DNA of 64,000 nt from positions 2,656,001-2,720,000 of the forward strand of contig CBDCCK010000002.1 in the NCBI GenBank assembly GCA_965214835.1, written 5' to 3'. Within the stretch, counting starts at the first letter, position 1. Each line of letters starts with the position of its first letter. Shown here in pieces: positions 9,858-20,277 of the stretch. Origin of the DNA: Nitrosopumilaceae archaeon (GTDB taxonomy: Archaea; Thermoproteota; Nitrososphaeria; Nitrososphaerales; Nitrosopumilaceae). Below the pieces are notes generated by a model that saw only the letters and a list, made by a program, of their open reading frames with translations, had not been told where the DNA came from and made no database searches. The position numbers and the translations under genes are program-made.

Positions 9858-11286
9858 GTTAAAACGCCCGGGCCCGTAGCAGTGGTGACGTGGATCAACT
9901 GCTGTCTTCCCATGCGCCCCGCGCGCTGACTTCTGAATGCGGTAATTCCGAGCTGCAGTGTTCGTGCACCACGGCGTGCTGATAGATGTGTGCAGTCTCT
10001 GATCCACAAAAAAAGGAAGACGAGAAAAGATGCAAATACAGCATAGGAATAGACATTGGAAAGAGAAAATGCATAGCGTGCATTATGGACGACAAAAAGA
10101 GGATCCAAGAAGAGACGGCATACGAGGACGCCTCCAAGGAGGCAAGTCTGTTTGCTAGGAAGGCAAAGCTCAATTACGGAAGGAACTGCCAGGCCGTCTG
10201 CGAGTCCGCAGGCAACATGTGGCCCAAGACCTGCGAGGCGTTCGAGTCCGCAGGAATACCCAAGCTTGCCAGCACCTACAGGATGCGGATAATCTCGGAC
10301 ATGGATGTAAAGACTGATCCAATCGACGCAAGAAGGTTCGCAAACGCCCTGAGGGCCGGAATGGTTCCCGAGTGCTACGTGGCACCGCCCGAACTCCGGA
10401 GCGTCAGGGAGCTGATACGCTGCAGGATCGGCCCCGTGCAGGCCAGGACGGCCGTGATCAACCGGATCCACAGCCTCCCGGACAGGTATGACGGGAGGAT
10501 CGACTCGTCACACGTATATTCCAAGGGACTCAGGCAGCTGACAGACATGGCACCTGATGATCCCAATGACGGGGGCGGTTCTTGGCGTGCATACCAGAAG
10601 GGTCAGGCAGCCCACGGAGGAGATTGCAGACATCGAGACGAAGACAGCCGCACAGGCCGGCGCCAGCGAGGATGCGAGGATCCCGATGAGCATTCCGGGG
10701 ATCGACTCGCTTGCGGCCATGCTGCTGGTATCTGAGATCGGAGATACTGGCAGATTCAAGACCCCGGGCAAGCTTGTTGCGTGGTTCGGCATGTGTCCGA
10801 CCGTCCACCAGTCCGGCGACAGGGAGTATCACGGTAAGATGAGAAAGACATCCAACCGCAGGCGCAACCGGGCGATGCTTCAGGCTGCGCGCACGGCTGC
10901 CATATACGACGAGAGGATGGGAAGGATCCATGCAGGATCCAAGAAGAGGAACAGCGCAAGGCCCATGGTGGCCAGGACGCACGCGGCAACCAAGATGATC
11001 AGGATCATCTGGTCCATGCTCGTGACAAAGACGCCATACTCCGGACACGATCCCAGGACGTACGACCTCAAGCTGAGCAAGGCAGAGGCTGCTGCCGCTG
11101 TTACTACTGCAGCATCATCCGAGCCGCCATCCGAGGCTAGGGAGAAGACAGCAAAGTAATGCGCACCATTCTCACACGGGGAACAGGCCCCTGTACCCAG
11201 CGTAAGCCATAAGGCGTCCCATATCAAACTAGGCGTGGATCAGAGAGACACAGCTTGCCACCGCTAAAGGGCCCGGGCGTTTTAAC
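9858..11286 (+). mobile_element. IS110/IS1111-family element
   Basis: Perfect 18-bp inverted repeat gttaaaacgcccgggccc (9858-9875 and 11269-11286) around a DEDD recombinase. True ends probably extend a few bp beyond the IRs. Confidence 0.88.
9986..11159 (+). pseudogene. IS110 DEDD recombinase, frameshifted
   Basis: GIDIGK, CESAG and KTDPIDA in ORF 9986-10735. SIPGI, EIGD, RF and HQSG in ORF 10557-11159. Confidence 0.88.
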
Positions 11287-11419
11287 ATAGATGATGTTGT
11301 ACACCTGAGGGGCCTTTGTTTTTCAGTGTGGGCCTCAGCGATGCAGTGATTCAAGCATGGGTGCTGGTCACGGCGGGGTTTGTGACAGCAACATGGCTTC
11401 CTAGGCCTGCATGGCTTTG

Positions 11420-11701
11420 CTAGGATCGGACGTCGACCCCGTTCCAAAAGGCAATCCTGCCCTTGATTTTTTTGGCAGCGTCGTTTGGCTCGGCATAGTA
11501 CCACGCGCAGTTCTTGTTTGTCCTCCCGTCGACGGTCACAGAGTAATAGCTGGCCACCCCCTTCCAGCCGCAAAACGAGGTAAGGTCGGTCTTTTCAAAA
11601 AACTCGTCCCTTATGGAGTCAGGCGGAAAATAGTGGTTGCCCTCGACGACTATGGTATCGTCGCTTTCTGCAATCACCTGACCATTCCAGACGGCCCTCA
11701 T
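11420..11701 (-). CDS. DUF427 (NTP_transf_9) domain protein
   Basis: AVWNGQVIAESD...EGNHYFP...CGWKGVASYY...AWYY motif. Confidence 0.92.
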   Translation of the reverse strand: MRAVWNGQVIAESDDTIVVEGNHYFPPDSIRDEFFEKTDLTSFCGWKGVASYYSVTVDGRTNKNCAWYYAEPNDAAKKIKGRIAFWNGVDVRS

Positions 11702-11732
11702 GCAGTACGATATGCCGGGCAGTACTTAATTT

Positions 11733-12989
11733 TTACCAGCTGTCGGCATACCTGGCCTGCCCGGGGGTCAGCCTGTCGATTCTAACTCCCAGGGACGAGA
11801 GTACGCTTTTTGCGATTCTTTCATCCAGGGAGCCGGGTACCGGGATCACCGCGGTGGGCAGTCTTTTGTGGCACCTTGCAATGTGTATAATCGACAGCAG
11901 CTGGTTTGCAAACGACTGGTCCATTACCTCTGGAGGGTGCCCTCCGGTTGCCACAAGGTTGGCCACGCGTCCCTTGGAGACAAGGAATATCTTCTTGCCG
12001 CCTGCCAGGGTGCACTCGTCTAGACCTGCACGGACCTGCCTCACAGGCCTTGATCTGAGCAGGTATCTCGAGTCGACCTCGACGTCAAAGTGTCCAGCAT
12101 TGCCTACGACTGCGCCGGACTTCATGGATTCGATGTGTTGGGGGGCAATCACGCAGGTCATTCCGGTACAGGTGATAAAGACATCTCCGACTCTTGCAGC
12201 AGAATCCATCGTCATGACCTCAAACCCGTCCATGTGCGCCTCAAGCGCCTTGACGGGATCAACCTCAGTGACAATGACCCTTGCCCCCATACCGCGGCAT
12301 CTAGAGGCTACGCCCTTGCCGACCCAGCCATAGCCTGCAACCACCACCTGCTTGGCGGCAAGCAGTAGGCCCACTGCGTGAAGATACCCGTCAACGGTGC
12401 TCTGGCCGGTCCCGTACCTGTTGTCAAACAGGTGCTTTGTGCGGGCGTCGTTGACGGCGATGACGGGATAGCGCAATAGTCCGGACTTTTCCAAGGATCG
12501 AATCCTTGAGACGCCTGTAGTGGTCTCCTCTGTGCCCCCGAGGATCTTCAGCTTGCTGAACCCGGGATCAAGGTGGGCAAGAAGGCTCAGCTCGGCGCCG
12601 TCGTCGGCCACGATGTCGGGCCTGTGCCCTAGTACCTGCCGCACGCACCAGGCAAACTCCCTCCGGGTCTGGCCCGACCAGGCATAGACGGCAATCCCCC
12701 TAGAGTCCAGAAATGCCGCAATGTCATCCTGCGTGGTCAGGGGGTTTCCAGAGGAGGCGGCCACGCGGGCGCCCAGCTCCCTGGCGCCGGCAAGCAGCAC
12801 GGCAGTCTCCTTTGTAAGTTGCAAGCAAAACCCCAAGGTAAGCCCCGAGAGCGGTCTTGACTTTCTGAGGCAGCCAATTATGCCGGCCAGGACAGGCATG
12901 TGGGTGCGGGCCCACTCGTAGGAGAGCCGTCCCTGCCTTGCCAGCCCTCTGTCTTTGATCCTGCTCAACGAGTAAGGTGGCAGGCGCAT
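11733..12989 (-). CDS. ahcY: Adenosylhomocysteinase
   Basis: EETTTG, KHLFDNRYGTGQS, GYGWVGKG, GHFD and GHP motifs. Confidence 0.95.
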   Translation of the reverse strand: MRLPPYSLSRIKDRGLARQGRLSYEWARTHMPVLAGIIGCLRKSRPLSGLTLGFCLQLTKETAVLLAGARELGARVAASSGNPLTTQDDIAAFLDSRGIAVYAWSGQTRREFAWCVRQVLGHRPDIVADDGAELSLLAHLDPGFSKLKILGGTEETTTGVSRIRSLEKSGLLRYPVIAVNDARTKHLFDNRYGTGQSTVDGYLHAVGLLLAAKQVVVAGYGWVGKGVASRCRGMGARVIVTEVDPVKALEAHMDGFEVMTMDSAARVGDVFITCTGMTCVIAPQHIESMKSGAVVGNAGHFDVEVDSRYLLRSRPVRQVRAGLDECTLAGGKKIFLVSKGRVANLVATGGHPPEVMDQSFANQLLSIIHIARCHKRLPTAVIPVPGSLDERIAKSVLSSLGVRIDRLTPGQARYADSW

Positions 12990-13015
12990 GGAATTAAGAG
13001 TTGGTTCCCGGGCGG

Positions 13016-14455
13016 TTACTCGCCCTTCATCTCCTTGCGGGATCGAAACTCAGGGGTTATTCCTAGGGATGCATAGTTTCCCGAGGAGCAGGTAAAGCAC
13101 ATCGAGTCGGCTGGGATTCCCACGGCATCTGCCAGATTTTCTGCGTCGTTGTACCCCAAAAAGTCCGCACCGATGCTCTGCCTTACCATGTCGGTCAGCT
13201 CTGCATCGGAGAGATCCCCCCCATCAGAGAACGTGGCCAGCTCCTCCTGTGACGGAAAGTCGATTCCGGCATAGCAGGGGAACCTGATCGGCGGATAGGT
13301 GATTATCATGCTTATCCTGCGCGCGCCTGAGCGCCGCAGTGCCTTGATGATTGCACGGGAGCTGGTTCCGCGCACAAGGCTGTCGTCGACGACTACGACA
13401 TGCTTGCCCTCGATGATCTCCTTGATGGGTATGATCCAGCGGTTGATCTCCACGCGATCGGTCTGGTGCGGCTCTATAAAGCTGCGCAGGGGCCCCTTCC
13501 TGCTGTAGCGGTCCTTTAGAAGCCCCTCGTCAAAGGATACCCCGAGCTCTTGCGCATATCCTAGTGCCGCAGGCCTTGCAGAGTCGGGGACCGGAATGAC
13601 GAGATCGGCATCCCCCAGGGGGAACTTTTTTGCAAGGAGGCGGCCGATGTTCTTTCTTGCGACATAGATGTTTGTCCCCTCCATGTTGCTTGATGGGTGT
13701 GCAAAGTACGTAAACTCAAAGGAGCAGTGGGCGCGGGAGTCATCCTCGGAGAACCGCTCGGTCTCGATGCCGTCCCTGCTCAGGCGGATCAGCTCCCCGG
13801 GCAAGACGTTTCGCTTAAGCCTTGCGCCGACCGAGGACAGCGCCGAGGATTCTGATGCGACGATATGGGCATCATCTGACTCTTTGTGGCCCAGGACCAT
13901 GGGCCTGAATCCCTTGGGGTCGCGCGCAGCATAGACGGAGCCGTCATCGGAGATGAATGTAAAGCAGTACGAGCCTACCATCTCGTTTTTCAGGATGGAG
14001 AGCGCCTTGCCCATCTGGCCGTTCTCGGAGATCAGGCCTACCAGTCGCTGGGCGGCCACCAGGGTGTCGCTTGCGTTCTGCGGGGTAAACGAGCAGCCGC
14101 CTACAAGGTTTGAGAGCTCTTGGACGTTGGCAATGGTGCCGTTGTGCGCAACGCAGAGATCCTTGACCTTGAGTGGCTGGGCGTTATCCAGCGAGCTTTT
14201 GCCGATTGTCGAGTATCGGACATGCCCGATTACGCAGGGTGATGCGTACTCCTCGGCTATCTTCTTAAAGTCAGACGAGGAGGCAGTCACCAGGCCCAGG
14301 CGTTTTAGCGGCTCCTTGTTGGGGATTGCAATGCCCCATGCCTCCTGCCCCCTGTGCTGCAGCGCGCGCAGGGCGTCGATTGCCATGGGGATGACGTTGG
14401 TTCCAGACAGGCTGTAAATCCCGACTACGCCACAATTCTCTTTGATCTCAGGCAT
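13016..14455 (-). CDS. purF: Amidophosphoribosyltransferase
   Basis: ENCGVVG, QHRGQE, GHVRYST and VVVVDDSLVRGT motifs. Confidence 0.97.
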   Translation of the reverse strand: MPEIKENCGVVGIYSLSGTNVIPMAIDALRALQHRGQEAWGIAIPNKEPLKRLGLVTASSSDFKKIAEEYASPCVIGHVRYSTIGKSSLDNAQPLKVKDLCVAHNGTIANVQELSNLVGGCSFTPQNASDTLVAAQRLVGLISENGQMGKALSILKNEMVGSYCFTFISDDGSVYAARDPKGFRPMVLGHKESDDAHIVASESSALSSVGARLKRNVLPGELIRLSRDGIETERFSEDDSRAHCSFEFTYFAHPSSNMEGTNIYVARKNIGRLLAKKFPLGDADLVIPVPDSARPAALGYAQELGVSFDEGLLKDRYSRKGPLRSFIEPHQTDRVEINRWIIPIKEIIEGKHVVVVDDSLVRGTSSRAIIKALRRSGARRISMIITYPPIRFPCYAGIDFPSQEELATFSDGGDLSDAELTDMVRQSIGADFLGYNDAENLADAVGIPADSMCFTCSSGNYASLGITPEFRSRKEMKGE

Positions 14456-16610
14456 GCAAAACCAACTCTAACGATTTTAACCAGCCTGTCCGCGCCTTAT
14501 CAACGCTTAGGCAGACTGCCTTGGAGGATCCGAGTCCAAACTCAATTTGATCGCCCCCGAACTGCCCTACCATGCCGTGGCTTACCCCCCTTTTAGAGAG
14601 CAGCTTTCCTACCTCGGATCTGTTTTTCCCAGATACGACTAGCAGGTACCTTGAATGGCTCTCTGAGAAGAGCGACTTGTCGACTGCAAGCACGTCTCCT
14701 GGCAGATTCTCAAGCATGACGCGGCAGCCAATCCCGCCGGTCATGCACAGCTCAGATACTGCCACTGCCAGCCCGCCCTTTGAGCAGTCGTGGGCGTTTT
14801 GCAGCAGATCCCCCTCGATCAGTGACAGGACAGCGTCCATGCTGCCCTTGGACTGTGCAAAGTCGACCTCGGGGCACCTGCCGCCAACGAACCTGTGGAT
14901 GTACTCGTAATACTCAGAGCCACCCATCTCATCACGGGTGTCCCCAATGACGAACAGCGAGTCCCCCTCTCTGATCTGCCGCGGATGCGGCGGCATTTTG
15001 TCGGCTAGTCCCAGGATCCCGATCAGTGGGGTGGGCTTGATTGGGCCCCGGGGCGTCTCGTTGTACAGGCTGACCTTTCCGCCCACGCAGGGGATTTTAA
15101 AGTGCCTAGCAAAGTCTGCAATCCCCTGTAGGGACTCTACAAACGTCCAGAAGATTTCCGGATCCTCTGGATTTCCAAACTGCAGGTGGTCTACCATCCC
15201 GACCGGCCTGGCCCCGGTACACACTATGTTGCGGCACGCCTCCTCAAAGCACCCCATTGCACCCTGGCGGGGGTTGAGGTAGCACTGCTTGGGATTGCCG
15301 TCGATTTTGATCGAGAGGAACCTGCCGTTATCCAGCCTCAGGACGGACGCGTCTGCCCCGGGCTTTACTACGGTCCGGATTCCAACCTCGTGATCATACT
15401 GCCCGTATGCCCAGATCCTGCTTGCGATGTTGGGGGACCTTAACAGCCTGAAGAGGGTCTCTGTCAGGTCAGAGGGGGCCTTCAGCCGGGGATCCGTGTT
15501 GATTTTGTCTATGTAAGACGGCCTCCTTGAGGGCCTGTCCAAGAGTTTGGCGTTTGCGACGACGCAGGCAGGCAGGTCTGCAAGCGTTTTTTCCCCCTGC
15601 CTTACCCTCATCATCCCGTCGGATTTTACGCAGCCGATGACGGACAGCTGCACCCTGTACTTTGCACACAGGCCTTTGAGTCCCTCAAGTCCGGGCCCGT
15701 CGGTGATTATGAGCATCCGCTCCTGGGACTCGGAGATCATGATTTCGTCGGGGCGCATCCCCCGCTCCCTGGTGTGCACTGCATCGATGTCCATCTCGAT
15801 TCCGACGCCCAGTGCGTCTGCGGTCTCAGAAACAGCACACGAGAGGCCGCCGCCGCCAAGATCCTTGATGGCCTTGATCAGTCCCCGGTTTCGCGCCTCC
15901 AGGACGACCTCGATTATCAGCTTTTCAATGAAGGGATCTGGAATCTGGACGGCGGAGCGATCCTGACCCTCCAGTGAGTCAGACGCAAACTGCGAGCCGC
16001 CGACGCCGTCGCGGCCCGTCGAGCCGCCAAGCAGCACCACATGGTCGCCCTCATCGGCACGGTTCTTGATCAGGCTTCCCCTTTTGCCAAAACCGACGGA
16101 TGCCACGTCGACTAGCGCATAGTCTGCATAGCAGGCATCAAACTCAATTTCCCCCCCAATCGTGGGAACCCCCAGGCAGTTCCCATAGTCGGCAATTCCG
16201 GCCACGGCATTCTTGAAGAGCCATCTTGCCTGGGCGTCCGTTTCAATGTCGCCAAAGCGCAGGCCGTCAAGGATTGCAATCGGCCGGGTTCCCGCAGACA
16301 GGATATCGCGGATTACGCCGCCGACGCCTGTTGCCGCACCGCCGTAGGGCTCCACGGCAGATGGGTGATTGTGGCTCTCGATGTGCACCGTGACTACGTA
16401 TCCGCCGCCCACATCCAAGACGCCAGAGTCGTATCCCTTCTCGCTTATTACCAGCGGGCCGTCCATCGGCAGGACTCCCAGGTGCTTTTTTGAGGACTTG
16501 TAGGAGCAGTGCTCTGACCACTCTGCGGCAGCAATCTGAAGCTCCGTGGAGGTCGGATCCCGCCCGATTTTGGACCTTAGATACTCCAGCTCCTGCTGCT
16601 CCAGACTCAT
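14448..16610 (-). CDS. purL: Phosphoribosylformylglycinamidine synthase subunit PurL
   Basis: WSEHCSYKSS, ESHNHPS, DLGGGGL and SESQERM motifs. Confidence 0.97.
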   Translation of the reverse strand: MSLEQQELEYLRSKIGRDPTSTELQIAAAEWSEHCSYKSSKKHLGVLPMDGPLVISEKGYDSGVLDVGGGYVVTVHIESHNHPSAVEPYGGAATGVGGVIRDILSAGTRPIAILDGLRFGDIETDAQARWLFKNAVAGIADYGNCLGVPTIGGEIEFDACYADYALVDVASVGFGKRGSLIKNRADEGDHVVLLGGSTGRDGVGGSQFASDSLEGQDRSAVQIPDPFIEKLIIEVVLEARNRGLIKAIKDLGGGGLSCAVSETADALGVGIEMDIDAVHTRERGMRPDEIMISESQERMLIITDGPGLEGLKGLCAKYRVQLSVIGCVKSDGMMRVRQGEKTLADLPACVVANAKLLDRPSRRPSYIDKINTDPRLKAPSDLTETLFRLLRSPNIASRIWAYGQYDHEVGIRTVVKPGADASVLRLDNGRFLSIKIDGNPKQCYLNPRQGAMGCFEEACRNIVCTGARPVGMVDHLQFGNPEDPEIFWTFVESLQGIADFARHFKIPCVGGKVSLYNETPRGPIKPTPLIGILGLADKMPPHPRQIREGDSLFVIGDTRDEMGGSEYYEYIHRFVGGRCPEVDFAQSKGSMDAVLSLIEGDLLQNAHDCSKGGLAVAVSELCMTGGIGCRVMLENLPGDVLAVDKSLFSESHSRYLLVVSGKNRSEVGKLLSKRGVSHGMVGQFGGDQIEFGLGSSKAVCLSVDKARTGWLKSLELVLHA

Positions 16611-17287
16611 TTTTGCACACCTGCTGTCTCTAGCAGCGACTCGAAGATTTTTGACGAGGGCCTGTGATCAACGGGGTTGATTTCGGATTCGGCTGCGCGC
16701 TCGGGGTGGGGCATCATGCCCACGACGTTTCCATCCCTGTTGCACACGCCTGCAATCTGATCAGAGGAGCCGTTTACGGGCTTTTCATACCTAAAGACAA
16801 CCTGGCCGTTTCGCCTCAGCTCCCCGAGGGTTTGCTCATCGGCATAGTACCTTCCCTCGCCGTTTGCGATGGGGATTGGGATTTTTTGGTGGTGCCTGAG
16901 CCGGCAGGTAAACGGAGTCTTGTTGTTCTCTACGATCAGGTTGGTCCACTCGCACATAAAGTTCAGTGACGTGTTTTTGAGCAGCGCCCCGGGCAAAAGC
17001 CCGGACTCTACTAGGATCTGGAATCCGTTGCACACGCCCAAGACAGGGGTTCCCTTGTCGGCCATTTTTTTGACATCCGATATGATCGGGCTGTGCGCTG
17101 CAATGACTCCCGAGCGCAGCCTGTCCCCGTATGAAAATCCCCCTGGAAGGACGACTGCATCTAGGTTCTTTGGCAGGGAGTCCTCATGCCAAAAGTATTT
17201 GGTGTCCAAATTGAAGACGTCTGAAAGGACGTGATACATGTCTCGATCGCAGTTACTTCCCGGGAAAACTACAACGGCGACCTTCAC
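16607..17287 (-). CDS. purQ: Phosphoribosylformylglycinamidine synthase subunit PurQ
   Basis: FPGSNCD, PGGFSYGD, GVCNGFQ and MMPHPER motifs. Confidence 0.97.
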   Translation of the reverse strand: MKVAVVVFPGSNCDRDMYHVLSDVFNLDTKYFWHEDSLPKNLDAVVLPGGFSYGDRLRSGVIAAHSPIISDVKKMADKGTPVLGVCNGFQILVESGLLPGALLKNTSLNFMCEWTNLIVENNKTPFTCRLRHHQKIPIPIANGEGRYYADEQTLGELRRNGQVVFRYEKPVNGSSDQIAGVCNRDGNVVGMMPHPERAAESEINPVDHRPSSKIFESLLETAGVQK

Positions 17288-17351
17288 AATGACACTGGGG
17301 TACTTGATCTATTTAATTTGAATCGAGGCCGAGGTGGCAGGTGCCTGATCG

Positions 17352-17612
17352 CTACGGGCCCTCTACGTCATAGGCAGCCCTGCTGACAAGGGGGTTGAGT
17401 ACTCGGAGCTCGTCACAGAGCCTGCGAACTGTTTTTTCAGCCTCTTCTTTGTCCTTTTCCTCAACGGTAAACTTTAGCATTTTTGCGGTCCTTACTTGGG
17501 ATACGGAGGAAAAACTTCCCTTCAGTACAAGATCATTGAGGATTGTAGCTCCCTCTGGATCGGCTATCCCGGGCTTGTTCTCAATCGTCACGCGTACGCT
17601 GTAGGCGGGCAC
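17352..17612 (-). CDS. purS: Phosphoribosylformylglycinamidine synthase subunit PurS
   Basis: KPGIADPEG...LNP motif and position upstream of purQ. GTG start assumed. Confidence 0.92.
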   Translation of the reverse strand: MPAYSVRVTIENKPGIADPEGATILNDLVLKGSFSSVSQVRTAKMLKFTVEEKDKEEAEKTVRRLCDELRVLNPLVSRAAYDVEGP

Positions 17613-17689
17613 AAAAACCAATCACAATCATGTGATTATAATCCTTCTCAAAGGATGACTCGGTCAGTTAGGCTGAGCACGGTGGGCTG

Positions 17690-17950
17690 AGGCGGAAAGC
17701 AGGCACTAGTCCTAGGCCCACACGGGCACCTCGACCCAGCCGACACGTCCAGTCCACGTATGCGCCATGTCCCGATGCACGATACCATGATGCCAGGCAT
17801 CCCTTCATGCCGCCGGGGGTGCGCAGCCCGTACCGCATTCCCCACCGTATGGCTATCCCGTGCATGGGCCCCCTCGTCCCCGTCGTTGGTGTGCTACATG
17901 TCATGATACCTGGCAAAGGTGGATGTGTACGGGGCCGCAGCTAACGCGCA
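17690..17950 (-). pseudogene. Highly decayed IS66 transposase C-terminal relic
   Basis: Fragments RYGLRTPGG and MVSCIGTWRIRGLDV resemble RFGLRTKDG and MLTCIETWRLRGCNV of the IS66 type 2 transposase. Boundaries approximate. Confidence 0.6.
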
Positions 17951-18087
17951 TGCCAAAAAATAGATCATATCTTTGGCATATCGTGCCTATTTCGATAAGA
18001 AATGATCCGCTTTCAGCTGTACGCATCATGGCATCAGGATTGCCTGCTGCAGGCCTTCCCCCATCAGGAGTGTTGTCTCGTATCTCT

Positions 18088-18213
18088 AGGCTGCCGCCTA
18101 ATTCACGAGCTCCCAAAAGCCACGACACATCATCAGGACTACGCGTAAAGGGGAGTGAGGACTCAGAAAAATGTGCAGTTTGAGCCAAACGGGTGGAATT
18201 ATACTACAGCCCC
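18088..18213. mobile_element. MITE-D, degenerate copy
   Basis: Internal tcagaaaaatgtgcagtttgagcc is shared with the 28205 copy. 9-bp direct repeat cgtatctct at 18079-18087 and 18214-18222. Confidence 0.75.
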
Positions 18214-18333
18214 CGTATCTCTGGAAACAAGCCGGGGAGGTTTTTTCGGCGGGATGGCATCCGGGCCGCAGAGACTGCCGGTGCAGTGCCGCGCACTGTA
18301 TTGGAATTTATAGTAGAGGATGGCCGAAAAGAC

Positions 18334-18798
18334 ATGGCAAGGGCGCGATACTGGAAGCTAACGGCAGACGAGGTCGCAGAGTTCAGGTACGACGAGGACA
18401 AGCTGCTAAACTGGGACATAAAATGCGTCAGGGAGCCAGAGGAGGAGGCCATTTTTGTCGGAGTCTTCATGTACAGAAACGGAACGCCGTTTGACTATGA
18501 ATCAATCAGGGGGCTGGCCTATTACCACAACCACATCCCAAGGGGCGAGCTGCCAGGCATCACCAAGTTTTTGAAGAGCAGGTTCGGCGGCGAGGGGATG
18601 GAAAAGGGGGACCGCGTATTCCTCAAGGGCTCCAGGGAGATCTTTTCCGGGCAGGATATCGGCGGGCTGGCAGGGGATCTGGAGGGGTTCCTCAAGGCCA
18701 CAGCTACGATTACCTTGGAGTTTAAGGACTTTGATGAGGAGGCGATGGCAGCGGCGGGCCTGCCGGCAGGAAAGCTGCTGCCCATACCTGCCAAGTAG
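18334..18798 (+). CDS. Hypothetical protein
   Basis: ATG 18334 (MARARYWKL) lies downstream of a tttata box. Strong coding pattern. Directly upstream of tatC. Confidence 0.8.
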   Translation: MARARYWKLTADEVAEFRYDEDKLLNWDIKCVREPEEEAIFVGVFMYRNGTPFDYESIRGLAYYHNHIPRGELPGITKFLKSRFGGEGMEKGDRVFLKGSREIFSGQDIGGLAGDLEGFLKATATITLEFKDFDEEAMAAAGLPAGKLLPIPAK

Positions 18799-18828
18799 AT
18801 AAATTACAGAAAAATCCATTGAATCCAG

Positions 18829-19626
18829 ATGTCAGAACTTGAGGCATTCAGGGAACACCTGGAGGAGCTAAGAAAAAGGGTGCTCAGAATCGTCATCATA
18901 ATAGGAATCGTGACGGCTGCGCTGCTGACCATCCACCTAGAGCCCGTAGAATACTTGGGACTAGGCCTGTATTATCCCACTGTGGAGCCTCTAAACAACG
19001 TTGCAGCGCAGATTACAGTCTATATGAAGTCAGCGCTGCTGCCAGAAGAGGTCCAGCTGATTCAGACATCCCCAGGGCAGGCGTTCTTTTCACAGGTTTA
19101 CATAGCAGCGCTTGCGGGGATCATGGCCGGCATGCCGGTGATCGTAAGGGAGCTTGTCGCATTCATCAGGCCCGCATTAAAGGAAAACGAGATCAAGGTA
19201 GGCAGGACCGTAACTGCCCCGGCGGTGGGACTGTTTGCAGGTGGGGCGATCTTCTCATACCTGGCAGTGGTTCCGTACATTTTGGAGTTCCTGTACGGGT
19301 ACGGCAAGTCAGCGGGGATACTGGAATTCCTCAACGTGATTGATTTTGTCACATTTGTGCTGCAGTTCATGCTGGCGTTTGGATTCTCGTTTCAGCTGCC
19401 GCTGATCATGTATGCATCCACTGCATCTGGAATGACAGGTCCGGAGTTTTGGAGGAGAAACATCCGGTATGCGGTGGTTGCAATTGTGGTGTTCGGGGCA
19501 GTAATCACGCCGGACGGAACCGGCGTCTCGATGTGGCTGATTGCAGGTCCGATGATCGGGCTGTATCTTGCAGGCATGGCAGTCATTGAAAGAAACGAGC
19601 GAAAATCTAGAACACTTAAATCTTAA
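18829..19626 (+). CDS. tatC: Twin-arginine translocase subunit TatC
   Basis: HLEELRKR, FIRPAL..NE, FQLP and ITPD motifs. Multiple TM segments. Confidence 0.96.
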   Translation: MSELEAFREHLEELRKRVLRIVIIIGIVTAALLTIHLEPVEYLGLGLYYPTVEPLNNVAAQITVYMKSALLPEEVQLIQTSPGQAFFSQVYIAALAGIMAGMPVIVRELVAFIRPALKENEIKVGRTVTAPAVGLFAGGAIFSYLAVVPYILEFLYGYGKSAGILEFLNVIDFVTFVLQFMLAFGFSFQLPLIMYASTASGMTGPEFWRRNIRYAVVAIVVFGAVITPDGTGVSMWLIAGPMIGLYLAGMAVIERNERKSRTLKS

Positions 19627-19644
19627 TTTGTGGGAAAAGGATCA

Positions 19645-19848
19645 ATGCTGCCTACTCTAACCGGCTTTATTGCGGGCCAGGAATGGATCTTCATCATTGT
19701 GATTGCAGTGGTGTTCATTTTTGGCGCCAAAAAGATACCGGAACTGGCAAAAACCTTCGGCAAGGCCAAGGGAGAGTTTGAGAAGGGCAAGATCGAAGGC
19801 GAAAAGGAGCTCAACGACTTTAAGGAAAAAAAGTCAAAACCAGACTAG
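19645..19848 (+). CDS. tatA: Twin-arginine translocase subunit TatA
   Basis: TM segment followed by FGAKKIPELAKTFGKAKGEFEK. Confidence 0.94.
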   Translation: MLPTLTGFIAGQEWIFIIVIAVVFIFGAKKIPELAKTFGKAKGEFEKGKIEGEKELNDFKEKKSKPD

Positions 19849-20273
19849 CCTTCTGCCAGCCTTGCAAGCTCGCCGGTGATCCCTTCCAGCCCGCTCTGCA
19901 GCCTGTCTCTTCCAAAAAATCCGGCAAGCCTCGTGACCACCCCCAATTTTATGTCAGCATCAACGATGATTTTGGTTCCACCCGGGAACTCCTCGTATCT
20001 TTCCACGATATGGCTCCCCTTTGCATCTCCTCCTATGACAAAGACCTCGTGCATGTCTGGGCAGCAAACGACATGCTTGGTCATCATCACAAGCTCCCTG
20101 CCAGAAAGGCGGACGTGCTGCTCGACTACGGTTACATTGCCACGGCTTGAGCGGATCCGAACCGATGGAAAGTACTGGGGCATTGTCTTTTGGAATGACC
20201 CATAGTCTACGGCAGCGTCAAAAACCTTGCTGCGCTTGGCCCTGGCGATTTTCTCGTACCTTACTCTAGGCAA
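19845..20273 (-). CDS. SRPBCC/polyketide cyclase family protein
   Basis: KVFDAAVDYGSFQKTMPQYFPSV START-fold pattern. TTG start assumed. Confidence 0.75.
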   Translation of the reverse strand: MPRVRYEKIARAKRSKVFDAAVDYGSFQKTMPQYFPSVRIRSSRGNVTVVEQHVRLSGRELVMMTKHVVCCPDMHEVFVIGGDAKGSHIVERYEEFPGGTKIIVDADIKLGVVTRLAGFFGRDRLQSGLEGITGELARLAEG

Positions 20274-20277
20274 ACCG

